From: Octopus sinensis
Lineage: Eukaryota
DNA: 64,000 nt
Direction: 5' to 3'
Assembly: GCF_006345805.1 (NCBI RefSeq)
Contig: NC_043006.1
Location: forward strand, 17,856,001 to 17,920,000
The position numbers were made by a program, and so were the translations under genes. Under the pieces are notes generated by a model that made no database searches, was not told the origin of the DNA, and saw only the letters and a list, made by a program, of their open reading frames with translations. Each line of letters opens with the position of its first letter. Position 1 is the first letter of the stretch. Shown piece after piece: positions 37,564 to 49,752 of this stretch.

Positions 37564-37869
37564 CAACCTTCCATAATACTGCTAATGGTGCCATAGTGTG
37601 AAGATCGAAAGAGAGAGGCGGAGACTGCATAGATTGGCGTATTTGTTTGACTGAATGTAGAGCCATGGAGTGTGCACTTAGTGTAGACTGGCAGATTGGA
37701 GTCGTCAGACTAATGATAGCTGAATGGCCTGACTTGTCATGATAGGTAGTGGGCTTTCAATACTATTGACTGGGTGCATTTGCCCAGCAAGGATCTACCT
37801 ATATACCTTTGTGTGAGAGAAAGAGAGAGATGGCAAACAAATAAATATGATATTAAACATAGTGCTACT

Positions 37870-38760
37870 AATAATAATGATAATAATACTTTCTAATTTT
37901 AGCAGTTTTGAGGGAAGGGCATAAATCAATTACATTGACCCTAGTACTTGGTTGCCAGTTATTTTATCAACCCCAAAAGGTTGAAAAAGTTAAAGTCAAG
38001 CTTAGCAGATTTGAACTTAAAATGTAATGAGTTAGAAGAAATACTACTCAACATTTTTTCAACACATTTTTTAACAATTCTGCTGCTCACTGCCTTTAAT
38101 AATAGTAATAATGGTTTCAAATTTTGCCACAAAAGCAGCAGTTTTGAAGAATGAGCTGATTACATTGGAGCCCCACCCCGCCGTCTATTGTTCAACTTGT
38201 ACTTATTTTATCAACCCTGAAAGGATGAAAAGCAAGGTCAACCTTGGCCGAATTTGAACTCGGAGCATAGCAACAGGCAAAATACCACTAAGCATTTCAT
38301 CCAGCATGCTAATGATTCTGCCAGTTCGCTGCCTTAATGATAATAATAATAATGATGATGATTTCAAATTTTTGCCCCAAGGGCAGCTTGGGGGATGGGA
38401 TTAAGTCAATTACATCGACCCCAGTGCGTAACTGGTACTTAATTTATCAACCCCCAAAAGGATGAAAGGCAGTCAACCTCAGCAGAATTTGAACTCAGAA
38501 CATAATGGTAGATGAAATACCTATTTCTTTACTACCCACAAGGGGCTAAACACAGAAAGGACAAACAAGGACAGACAAACGGATTAAGTCGATTATATCG
38601 ACCCCAGTGTGTAACTGGTACTTAATTTATCAACCCCAAAAGGATGAAAGGCGAAAGTCAACCATGGCAGAATTTGAACTCAGAACATAATGGCAGATGA
38701 AATACCACTTAGCACTTCACCTGGCGTGATAATGATTCTACCAGTTCGTTGCCTTAATAA
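37870..38760 (-). mobile_element. Head-to-tail cluster of SINE family C copies, including a dimer
   Basis: Repeated ccccgaaaggatgaaaggcaaagtcaacc segments separated by (AAT)/(GAT) tracts. Confidence 0.8.
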
Positions 38761-40049
38761 TCATACCAATTATTTGCATTTATTGTTAGCTTAAGGAAAG
38801 ACAGTGAGTTGGCAGCACTGTTTGCACATCAGATGCATTGGGACAAAATGCTTAGCATTTTGCCCATCTTGACATTCTGAGCTCAAATTCCAAAGTCAAC
38901 TTTGCCTTTCATCTTTTCAGGGTCATTAAAAAAAATGTACCAGTCAAGTACAGGGATCGATCTGATTAGCTTTCCCCCTTCCCAGAAAAACTGCTGGCCC
39001 TGTGCCAAAATTTGAAACCATCATTAGAAGTTAATTGGTCTCGGTTCTTTTATTCTGTCTTTGTGCATATATTAAATTGTGATGTGAAAAAGGTGTCCGT
39101 TTGTCCCTTGATTACCTTAAATATAAAGCTGTTGTCAACGTACTGAATGATCGTAATAGGAGTTTGAATTTATGGCCTTTTGGTTCAGCAACTTTGCAGT
39201 AATAGCTAAAAATTGTCCTGACAATCCATCCTGTCCATGCCAGTATGAGACAAAGAACATCATATTTTAATATCTGGCTTCCGTGGTTGGATGGTTTGAC
39301 CAGGTCAGGTAAGTTGGTGGGTGGTTTCTTCAACTGAATGCCCTTCCTAATATCAACCACTTTTCACAGTGTACTGGGTTCTTTTTTCATGGCGCCAGCT
39401 GTAGGATGATTGCCTCATAACTTGAAAGTTTAAGGCCCTAAAGTGGTTCCAATAACTGAAGGAAAGCCGTAGGAGGCAGGGCGATGATGCTAGGTGGAGG
39501 AAAGAAGGAATGGCAAGATGAGGGGGGGGGTTGCAGGAGTAGGGTGGGGAATAGGAGAAGGGGAAAGGATTAAAGACAAAATTGAGAAAAAGAAAGGGAT
39601 GAATTTGGAAAGATGATAGGACAGGTTGTATAGAAATGTTTAGGGCTATCCTGAATTATAAGGGGCAAATATGGGCAGAAGGTATAAGGGAAAGTAGACA
39701 GGAAGAAAGCAACAGACTGGGGTGGGGAAGAATCCTGAGTGAGGCGTTGGAAGAAAGAGATGTGTGGGTGGTAAGTTTGGAAATGTGCCAAAGTTTTAAA
39801 GGAAATATTCTGCAGCTTATCTTAGTTACAGTTCAGCATGTGAAAAACAATATGTAGATTATATGTGGTTGTAAATCAATGAAAATATGAATTTTAATAA
39901 ATGAATAATGTTTCCGCACTGCTACCGCCCCCACTATTACCATCAAAAAACAAAAAAAATAAGCTAATATATTGTTTCTTGTGTAGTTTCTGCTAATTTT
40001 CTTAAATAAAATCAATTCGGTTTATATAAGGATATTGAAGCAAGTTTTT

Positions 40050-40369
40050 TTTTGTTTTTGGATTTGGTTTGCAAGATTCTTTATGAGTTTGTGTGTTGAA
40101 GCATATTTTGTTGTGTCTGGGGAGAGTCATTTTCTTTTTGTGCCTTATAATGTAACACACTCACCGGTAAAATTTCCACTTATTTCTTATTTTTATTTTC
40201 TTTAAATTTTCCTAAAATTTTCTTGACTCAATCAAGTCTATTGAAAAGGTTGCAAGACGCAACGAAAATTTTAGGAAAATAAAAATAAGAAATAAGTGGA
40301 AATTTTACCGGTGAGTGTGTTACATTATAAGGCACAAAAAGAAAATGACTCTCCCCAGACACAACAGAA
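40050..40369. mobile_element. Palindromic foldback element family D, copy 2 (most complete)
   Basis: Inverted arms ttgtgtctggggagagtcat...cacactcaccggtaaaatttccactt; flanked by a gcaagtttt direct repeat. Confidence 0.88.
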
Positions 40370-40620
40370 GCAAGTTTTAGTTTTGCTCAAATCATGATAC
40401 AGACATCAGACCTGTCGGATCCTGTCAAATCATCCAACATCTGTAAGGATGGAACATGGACATTAATTTATGATGAAGATGTACTTGTCTAGCAAATGAT
40501 TTTATCTGAGACCCATATGTTAAAGCTGATGCAGTTCCTTCATGGAAGGAGCCAGTTTAGCTGTTTAAAATCATACAGAAAAAGTGTTCAAATTCACTTC
40601 CCATTTATTTCTTGGGATAT

Positions 40621-41014
40621 ACTCTTTTACTTGTTTCAGTCATTTGACTGTGGCCATGCTGGAGCACTGTCTTTAGTCAAGCAAATCGACTCCAGGACTT
40701 ATTCTTTGTAAGCCTAGTACTTATTCTATCGTTTTTTTTTTGCCAAACCGCTAAGTTATGGGGACATAAATACACTAGCATCAGTTGTCAAGCTATGTTG
40801 GGGAGACAAATACACACACACACCCACACACACACACATATACATACATACATATACATGATGGGCTTCTTTCAGTTTCTGCCTACCAAATCCACTCACA
40901 AGGCTTTGGTCGGCCCAAGGCTATAGTAGAAGACACTTGCCCAAGGCACCACGCAGTGGACTGAACCCAGAACCACGTGGTTCATAAGCAAGCTACTTAC
41001 CACACAGCTACTCC
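40621..41014 (-). mobile_element. SINE family A
   Basis: Reverse-complement copy. Confidence 0.85.
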
Positions 41015-41049
41015 CAAAATTTTCAGTGCACATATCCAAAATTCTATTA

Positions 41050-41400
41050 CAACCTTGACATTGTTTTGTCCTCATTAGAGCCTACCCAATTTGACAGAAA
41101 AAATAGACACCTTTCTTATTTCACAATTTCCTATATTCATGGAAACACAGTTCCAATGCTGCCAAGTAGTAGTGATACAATGAAATTGTGACACCTCAAG
41201 GAAAAAAAATTTCAAATAAATTTCATGAATTATAAGTAATGACTGAAAAACTTTCAAGTTTCCAATGATAATAAATATTGGATGTAGTGAATGCAACTGT
41301 ATAACATGTAAGTTCCTCTGAAACAATATGATTACGAATACAAGTGGTCAAGAAGGGTTTCCAGGGTTCCTTCAAAGGACCTCTTGAGTCACATTACTCA
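41050..41400 (-). pseudogene. Possible highly degraded DNA-transposase remnant (GDLKV...IKLG-type, recalled from Sola-like elements)
   Basis: Frameshifted translation gives I.Y..Y.IIGNLKV..LL...Y.K..FL and later VKLG; weak. Confidence 0.35.
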
Positions 41401-42459
41401 GCAGGGTGCAAAGAATCTCTCCATGTCAAGCAGCTATTTCTCTGTATTGAGAAACCACATCTTTGGTACTAAGCACATGTGGTTAGAATGTCACAGGAAA
41501 GAATTGCAAGACACCTTCTTCAAGTCAAGCCAACCAGCAGGATACCTATTTCTTTACTGCCCACAAGGGGTTAAACACAGAGAGGACAAACAGATTAAGT
41601 CGATTTTCTCGACCCCAGTGCATAACTGGTACTTAATTTATCAACCCCGAAAGGATGAAAGGGAAAGTTGAATTTGAACTCAGAACGTAGCGACAGATGA
41701 AATACTGCTGACCATTTCATCCGGCATGCTAACGTTTCTGCAAGCTCACTGCCTTACAATAAGCAGGATACCTAGGGGTAGACCATGAATGAGATGGTTG
41801 CATAATAGCCATAGTCTCAGTCAGTCATGCTTAAGAATCCAGCTGAAAAGTCTAATGCTGATTATCGCTTCTGTTAGGACACTATGAAAGGGGAACCTGA
41901 GGACTCAACTCCTTTAACCTTTCCAGGAATAGTGGGTGGAGAAGATGGATGGATAAATTTTATGGTTTTTGTATGTTTTTAGATGGCTAAAAATGGCTTT
42001 TCTTTGATGAAATTCAATTCCTATATTTTACAACTCTAATTTGATTTTGCCTTAGCTTTTTCTTGTGCAAAAAATAATAATTTCTTGTTGTTTTAGATCC
42101 GCTTCATATCACCCACCACAGCAGAATTGATGGTTCCAATTAAAAGGCATTGGTATGGGTGCTGGTACCACATAAAAAAAAAAAAAACACTGGTAATGGT
42201 GCCATGTAAAAGGCACCAAGTACATTCTGTAAAATGGTTGACATTAGAAAGGGCATCTAGCTGTAGAAACCAATCCAAAACAGACTATGGAACCCGGTGG
42301 ACATTAAATGTTGATGATGAAGTTTTCCATAAATTTTCAGCTTCCATAAATGTTGATGATGATGATGATTCCGTAAATTTTCAGTTTTATTTTTTTCCTG
42401 TTTTTTTTTTAAATAACTAATTTAATCATTCTTTTTTTTTTCTTATTCTTTTCCTTCAG

Positions 42460-42588
42460 ATTTCTTATATGACATTCCTGTTTTGTTTCACATATATTGT
42501 GTTATTAAGAACTTTACCAGTGCCACGCTGGCAGGAGTATTATGTTATTGCATACATCGGAACTCTTGCATTAGAAAAGATGCGCATG
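42460..42588 (+). CDS. TRPM: TRPM coding exon for S1-S2 (ISYMTFLFCFTYIVLLRTLPVPRWQEYYVIAYIGTLALEKMRM)
   Basis: Long polypyrimidine tract ending ttcag; atg|gtaagt donor; 129 nt, phase 0/0; QE..VI.YI...EK.R motif. Confidence 0.94.
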
Positions 42589-43110
42589 GTAAGTATCACT
42601 TCTTTTTCTTCTTTCCATTTCTTTATTTTCTGATTCCCTACATAATGGTACCTGTTACTGTTGTTGTCTTCTTTTCTTCATCATTATCTTATTATCAAGA
42701 TGGCAAACTGGCAGTGTGGTTAGCATTCCGACTGAAATGCTTAGCAGTATTTCATCTGTCGATATGTTCTGAGTTCAATTTCCACTGATGTTAACTTTAC
42801 CTTTCATCCTTTTGGGGTCAATAAAAGAAGTACCAGTTGAGCACTAGAGTCGATGTAATTGATTCATCCCCTCCCCCCAAATGGCTGCTGTTGTGACAAA
42901 ATTTGAAACCATTATTATTATCCACACCAGGTGAAATGCTTAGCTGTATTTCATCTACCTTTACATCAGCTTTGCCTTTCATCCTTTTGGGATCAATGAA
43001 ATAAGTATCAGCCAAGTACTGTAGTCAATGTAATGAACTTAACCTTCCCCCAATATTCCAAGCCTTATGCCAATAGTAGAAAGGTTTATTATTATTATTA
43101 TTATTATTGA

Positions 43111-43445
43111 GTGAGAGAGTAGTGCATGCCATCAAAGTGACACTGGGGTAAAATATATGAAGCCCAGTATACCCATCATGACAACCCGTCTGATAAGGGT
43201 ACACCAGGCACATGCATCACAACCATATGTGCACGACATGGTGATCTCATATCAAGATAAACAGCACATGACCTTGCAGGTGAGGCCCAGTTATAATTTT
43301 CTTCTGGTTGAATAGCCCATCCCACTCAAAAGGTCCCTGAATAAGGGTTGTTTAAGGGTGTTGAACGAAACACCCATGTTTCCAGAAGTGAATTATTCAA
43401 ACTCCAAAGAATCATGGCTATGATGCTCCCCCACTACTTCTGCTT
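43111..43445 (-). mobile_element. Unclassified retroposon 3' end with an (AAT)n tail
   Basis: GC-richer block ending gcatgcactactctctcactcaataataat on the minus strand, between SINE C copies. Confidence 0.55.
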
Positions 43446-43459
43446 ATTATTACCACTAC

Positions 43460-43498
<39 letters not shown>

Positions 43499-43699
43499 AT
43501 AAAGGCAGCAAGCTGGCGGAATTGTTAGCACGCCAGGCAAAATGCTTAGCGGCATTTCATCTGTCGCTACATTCTGAGTTCAAATTAGGCCAGGACCAAC
43601 TTTGCATGTCATCCTTTCAGGGTTGATAAATTAAGTGCCAGTGAAACAATGGTGTCGATCTAACCAACTAGTCCCCTCCCCCAAATTTCAGGCCTTATT

Positions 43700-43856
43700 A
43701 TTCTGTTGTGTCTGGGGTGAGTCATTCTCTTTTGGTACCTTATAATTTAAGACACTCACCGGTAAAATTTCCACTTATTTCTTTTTTATTTTTCTAAAAT
43801 TTTTGTTGCATTTTGCAACCTTTTCAATAGTTTTGAGTCAAATCCAAAAGCGAAAT
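43700..43856. mobile_element. Family D element, copy 3 (large internal deletion)
   Basis: Left arm joined directly to the ...caaatccaaaagcgaaa terminus. Confidence 0.75.
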
Positions 43857-44276
43857 TATTATTAATAAGGTAGCATAATGTTTTGAGGAGTGAGGCACCA
43901 CCCTTTAGCCACTGATGATCTCAAGTCTACTTGACCTGGAGTAGTAGCACTTGTTAGGGTCCTAGCTATGGGTTAATAGCATATGTACCACCTACTCCAA
44001 ACCCAGTCTATGACTTTTCCAATAATCAATGGTGACTTGGTCAGGAAATCCTCTGTGATGGTCAACAATCGTTGACAAGTTGATATGCTATGGATCACAC
44101 TATACCAAAGTGTGTATGCATGTTATCAGGGACTACATGTGAACTTGTATTCCTGCTGAGGCTGGCTGTCAGATGTAGTCAGCAGTCGTGAGGGACATGG
44201 TGAAGTTTGTCAGAGCTGGGTTCAACCCACTCAGTGTGACTGCTGTCACAAGAACAAGTACTTGTATCTATATATA

Positions 44277-44489
44277 CAAGGAAGTGCTGAAAAGTTCCTG
44301 GCTTTGGGTAGAAGAAAATACAGGAGGATCAGTTATAATTTCATTCAGCACATTCTCCTCTCAGATTCACACACTTATCGCAATGATCCTTCAGGTTTTC
44401 TTAACCCTGTAAAAGAACTCAGAAGGCCGGGTTTCCAACCAGGCCTTTTGCGATATCCTTAAAGCCGGGAACTTTTCAGCACCCCTTCG
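44277..44489 (-). mobile_element. Mariner-derived MITE (second copy)
   Basis: TA-caaggaagtgctgaaaagttcctggcttt ... aaagccgggaacttttcagcaccccttcg-TA. Confidence 0.88.
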
Positions 44490-45757
44490 TACGCATGTTT
44501 GTCTTGACCCCCAACTTGATATAACATGGTGTTAGTAAATAAGCATCACCCTCATATAGGCAGTGTTGTTTGCTTCAGTCTTCTGTGAAAAAACCTGTCT
44601 GGCCATGGGGGAAATATTACCTTACTTAGGTGCAAGTGAGAGTTGGTGATAGGAAGGGCATCCTACCATTGAAAATATGTCTCACCAAATTCTGTTTGAC
44701 CCATGCAAACATTAAAAAGGTGATGATGGTGGCAGCGACGACACTGACGACGATATAAGAGATTCATTATTTTTCTTTTTGAAAACAAAATCATTTTCCA
44801 AAGAAAAATATTTTTTATTTAAGATAAACAATTATAAAGCATGTAAATAAATCAAATAGAAAAACTGCATGAACATTATTTTTGTGTATATAGTAAATAT
44901 TATGTTTATATTTCAATAATAATTAAGTTGTTCAAAATACATATATTATGAACTATTTAGGAGGGATTGCAATTCTGATTGGGAAGAAACAAACACACTC
45001 ATAAATGAATGCATGAAACCCATTACACACACACACACACACACACAGAAACAGACAGACTAACACACAAGTACAGGTGGAGGCATGGCTGTGTGGTTAA
45101 GAAGTTTGCTTCCCAACCATGTGGTTTCAAGTTCTGCCCAAATGTGTGGCATCTTAAAAAAAATGTCTTCTACTATATAACCTTTGGCCAACCAAGGCCC
45201 TGTGAGTAGATTAGGTTGATGGAAACTGAAAGACACCTGATGAATGTGTGTGTCCCTTGTTTTTGAGATCACATGCTGGTGTTAAATGATTCTTACTGTC
45301 ATACAAATAGTGTCACTCTTTTGCAATCTTCTGTGAAAACATGTCCAGCAGTTGTATTGTTCATATCTGAAGGTTAAGGGGAAATATCACCATCTTTGAA
45401 AACGGGTAGGTTGCCCATGGGAAGGATATCCAACCGCAGGAAATCTGCCAAATTTTGTCTGACCCATACAAGCATGGAAAAGTGGATTTTAAGGGAATGT
45501 TGATCACGTTTAAGGTCCACTTTTCCATATTTGCATAGGTCAGATGGCCAGATGCCCTTCCTCTCTCACCAACCCTCACCTTGTTCCAAGCATGCTAAGA
45601 TTTCCCTACAGTCAGACATGTTTTTCACAGAAGATGGAAATGAACAGTATCACTTGTTTGATGGTGGTGATAGTCACTTAGAACCATCACAAGTTGTCAT
45701 GTCAAGGGGTACATACATACACACATGTATGTGTACATATATATGTATGTATGTATA

Positions 45758-46059
45758 TCACGTGACCAACCAGGCTATCAGATGTTGCTACACATCGCTG
45801 GTCACAATGCGCTTCGCATTGTTTTAGCCTTCAAATGACACCACCCCACTGGCTAAGTGAGCAGGCCAACAGAAGAAAGAGTGAGAGAAAGTTGCGGCGA
45901 AAGAGTACAGCAGGGATCGCCACCATCCCCTGTCGGAGCCTCGTGGAGCTTTAGTTGTTTTCGCTCAATAAACACTCACAATGCCCAGTCTGGGAATCGA
46001 AACTATGATCCTATGACCGAGAACCCACTGCCCTAACCACTGGGCCATTGTGCCTCCAC
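45758..46059 (-). mobile_element. tRNA-derived SINE of a separate family
   Basis: Head ggcccagtggttagggcagtggg...gtttcgattcccagactggg with A- and B-box-like motifs, followed by a unique body. Confidence 0.8.
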
Positions 46060-46790
46060 ACACATATATGAAAAGTGTGTAGAGTGTTGTCTTCTTAAAA
46101 AGATGAGGTTTCAGCTGCACAGGATTTCCTTGATTGTGTTTCCAAAAATCAATGGAAATTGCTGTTGTGATACTAGGGCCGGTGGCATGTAAAAGAACCG
46201 TCCGAACGTGGCCGTTGCCAGCGCTGCCCCAACTGGCCTCCATGCCGGTGGCACATAAAAAGCACCAACCGATTGTGGCCGTTGCCAGCCTTGTCTGGCA
46301 CCTGTGCTGGTGGCACATAAAAAGCACCCACTACACTCACGGAGTGGTTGGCATTAGGAAGGGCATCCATCTGTAGAAACACTGCCAAACCAGACTGGGC
46401 CTGGTGCAGCCTCTTGGCTTCCCAGACCCCCAGTCGAACCGTGCAACCCATGCTAGCATGGAAAGCGGACGTTAAATGATGATGATGATGTGTCAAGGAA
46501 GATGAAAACCGTTTGAAAATAGTCATACAAATGATTGCTGTCTCTCAAAGGACTATTCAGTGCCATTGCTGATCTGAATGGTTAGACGTATAGGTGACAG
46601 ACAAAAATTGTTACTTCCTCTATATTGATAAGATAACTTGTGAGGGATAATCCTTATGAACCACTGTATGTCTTGTAAAATTGACTTGCGAGCCCTTTCA
46701 CACACACCATCATTATGATTATCATCTTTCATACTTGTTTCAGTCATTGGGTTGGAGCCATGCTGAGACACTGCGTTGGAGGGTTTAGTC

Positions 46791-47461
46791 CAGTGGTTCT
46801 CAGACAGGTTCCATATGGCCTCTGAGGGTCCATATAAGATTTGTAGTGGGGTGATTGTTACCTGCGTCACCTTGCTGGCACTTGTGCTGGTGGCACATGA
46901 AAAAACATTCGAGTGAGGTCATTGCCAGTGCCGCTGGACTGGCTCCTGTGCAGGTGGCACATAAAAAGCACCATTTGAGTGTGGCCATTGCCAGTACCAT
47001 GTAAAAGCACCCACTACACTTTTGGAGTGGTTGGCACTAGGAAGGGCATCCAGCTGTAGAAACTCTGCCGGATCAGATTGGAGCCTGGTGCAGCCATCTG
47101 GTTCGCCAGTCCTCAGTCTAACCATCCAACCCATGCTAGCATGGAAAGTGGACGTTAAACGATGATGATGATGATGATGATGTGGGGTCACACAACGAAA
47201 TAGTAGATTGTGAATCTGCAATATTTTTTTTAAGGGCCCCTAGATGTATATATTGGTATGTATTGCACGAAACAGCCAGGTTTCTTTCTCTAACATTTTA
47301 CATAGTTCAACCTACACAAGTTATTGTGTGAAAAACAGAATAGGAATTTTGAAAGAAGTATATATAAAACTGATATTTAAACATTGACTGGCTATGGAGA
47401 TCCACCAGAATCAAATGGTAATTAAAGGGAACTAGAGATAAGAAATGATTGAGAACCTCCA
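46791..47461. mobile_element. hAT (Charlie-like) MITE interrupted by a family B repeat
   Basis: cagtggttctca / ttgagaacctcca ends; 8-bp TSD gtttagtc / atttagtc. Confidence 0.7.
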
Positions 47462-47799
47462 ATTTAGTCAAACAAATCAATCTCTGTACTTCTATTGGAG
47501 CCTCCTACTTATTCTGTTGGCCTGTTTTGCAACACTTCTAAGGTACTGCAATGTTAACAAATGAACATTAGTTGTAGGGTACTGTTGGGGGAACAAACAC
47601 ATATATAGAAATATGTGTGTATGTTGAGGACAAACTTACAGTTAATGTCTACTGAATTTCCTCCCAAGGCATTTGTTGAATCAAGGTTGTAGTAGAAGAC
47701 ATTTGCCCAAGGTGCCACACAGTGGGAGTGAACTGAAAACCACATGGTTGGAAAGAGACTTTCTTAACCACAAAGCCATACCTGTATTTATATATTATT

Positions 47800-48260
47800 T
47801 AAATCCATAAGTTTTTGTGTGTGTGTGTGTGTGTGTGTACACATATAAATATACATGCTTATATATATAGACATATATTGATATATACACTTTTATATTT
47901 ATAAATATGTATACACGCACATATACATATATCTACTTAGAGTGATATGTATGTATATACACACACACATATATACATATACACACACATGTACATTTAT
48001 GTAAACATTTATATATACACATATATATATATTTATATATATGCCTTCATATATATGTGTGTGTTCATACACACACTAATATAGATTTAAATGCATGTAG
48101 ATTTACATTTACACACACAAACACACATAAATATATATACATATATATACACACACATACACATATATATAAATATGTGTGTGTGTGTGTGTGTGTACAT
48201 AGGCACACTCATATAATATACATATATAGATATGTACTTATGTGTGTGTGTGCTTTGTAC
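47800..48260. repeat. Compound TA/CA/TG microsatellite field
   Basis: ~460 bp of mostly alternating purine-pyrimidine sequence. Confidence 0.9.
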
Positions 48261-48568
48261 TTGCGTAGGTATATATACTTGGAAGCCCTATCAACAAAGA
48301 TTGTCAGTTGATATAACAAGAATTGTCATCAAGTTTAGCAGTGTGTAGCTGTTGTAGTTAATCAGTTGTATAAATGTCAACTACCTACAAGACACTTCTT
48401 GCTTCCTTTGTTGGGAAATAGCCCAAAACAAAAGTAGTGGTATTTTAACCAATATCCATATGCCAAAAGCATTTCAGTTTCATATCCACTATGTTAAAAA
48501 TATCACTTTAATTTCTATGATACATAAATGGATGGGATTTTTTTTCTCAAATTCAAATTCAATCATAT

Positions 48569-48606
<38 letters not shown>

Positions 48607-48615
48607 GTTTTATAT

Positions 48616-49032
48616 CTCTTTCTCTCTTTTCTCTTTTACTTGTTTCAGTCATTTGACTGCGGCCATGCTGGAGCACCGCCTTTAGTCGAGCAAATCGACC
48701 CCGGGACTTATTCTTTGTAAGCCCAGTACTTATTCTATCGGTCTCTTTTTGCCGAACCGCTAAGTGACGGGGACGTAAACACACCAGCATCGGTTGTCAA
48801 GCAATGCTAGGGGGACAAACACAGACACACAAACACACATACATATATATATATATATATACATATATACGACAGGCTTCTTTCAGTTTCCGTCTACCAA
48901 ATCCACTCACAAGGCATTGGTCGGCCTGGGGCTATAGCAGAAGACACTTGCCCAAGATGCCACGCAGTGGGACTGAACCCGGAACCATGAAGTTGGTTAG
49001 CAAGCTACTTACCACACAGCCACTCCTGCGCC
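48616..49032 (-). mobile_element. SINE family A, near-consensus copy
   Basis: Reverse-complement copy that retains its CpGs. Confidence 0.9.
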
Positions 49033-49712
49033 TATATCTTAAACATTTTTGTTATTTTTTTTTAACTCTTATAAAAAAACACATACCAAAAATGTTACAA
49101 ATATTTACATTGATAAAAAAAAAATAGTAACCATAGTAACAGTTGTTTTAATAAATTATTTATGATAATATAACAATTATATAATTGATAGTCATCACAA
49201 AACAAGAACAACAAAACTATCAATTTAAATAGCGTTCTTGGTCTGTAGTTCTTGAGCCATGCTACAAATCCATCATTGTACTCAAGACACAAAAGCCCAT
49301 TCCTTAGTTTTGGTAATTTGGTTATAATCTTCCAACTCCGGCAGTGAACACTGAAAACATTCATAAATCAATGTTTAATGTTATACAGACCTGCTTTCTC
49401 TTCTCTGAGTTTAATGGTTTATTAAGTTGATTCATTTTTGAAGTAATAATTCTTCCCATGATGACAACAATGTGTTTTTTTTTTGTTTTTGTTTTTGTTT
49501 TTTTTGGCAAAAATGTTTAAATTTTTTTTATTGGTGTTCATGGCAATAAATAACAGCTATTTCACCTAGTTTTTTTTCCTCCTTTTAGTATCTCGGCTGG
49601 ATGCGTAATTTGATGAAGTGTTCTGTTGCACGTTTGAAGTTTTGAGAGTTGATTGTGTCTCAACTTGTTCTTCTTTGTCTCTTTCTTCCTATTTTCTTTA
49701 TTGGAATTGGAT

Positions 49713-49752
<40 letters not shown>

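Noticed and set aside
39470-39790. Purine-rich block as a G-quadruplex or coding region
   Set aside because: Similar blocks at about 14150, 18550 and 56280 look like decayed retroelement sequence; no specific motif is supported.
45990-46059. tRNA gene
   Set aside because: tRNA-like A/B boxes run straight into a SINE body, and the cloverleaf is degenerate. The same applies to family A heads.
47800-48260. Z-DNA or cruciform-prone compound microsatellite as a functional element
   Set aside because: Such tracts are common throughout the window and nothing here is locus-specific.
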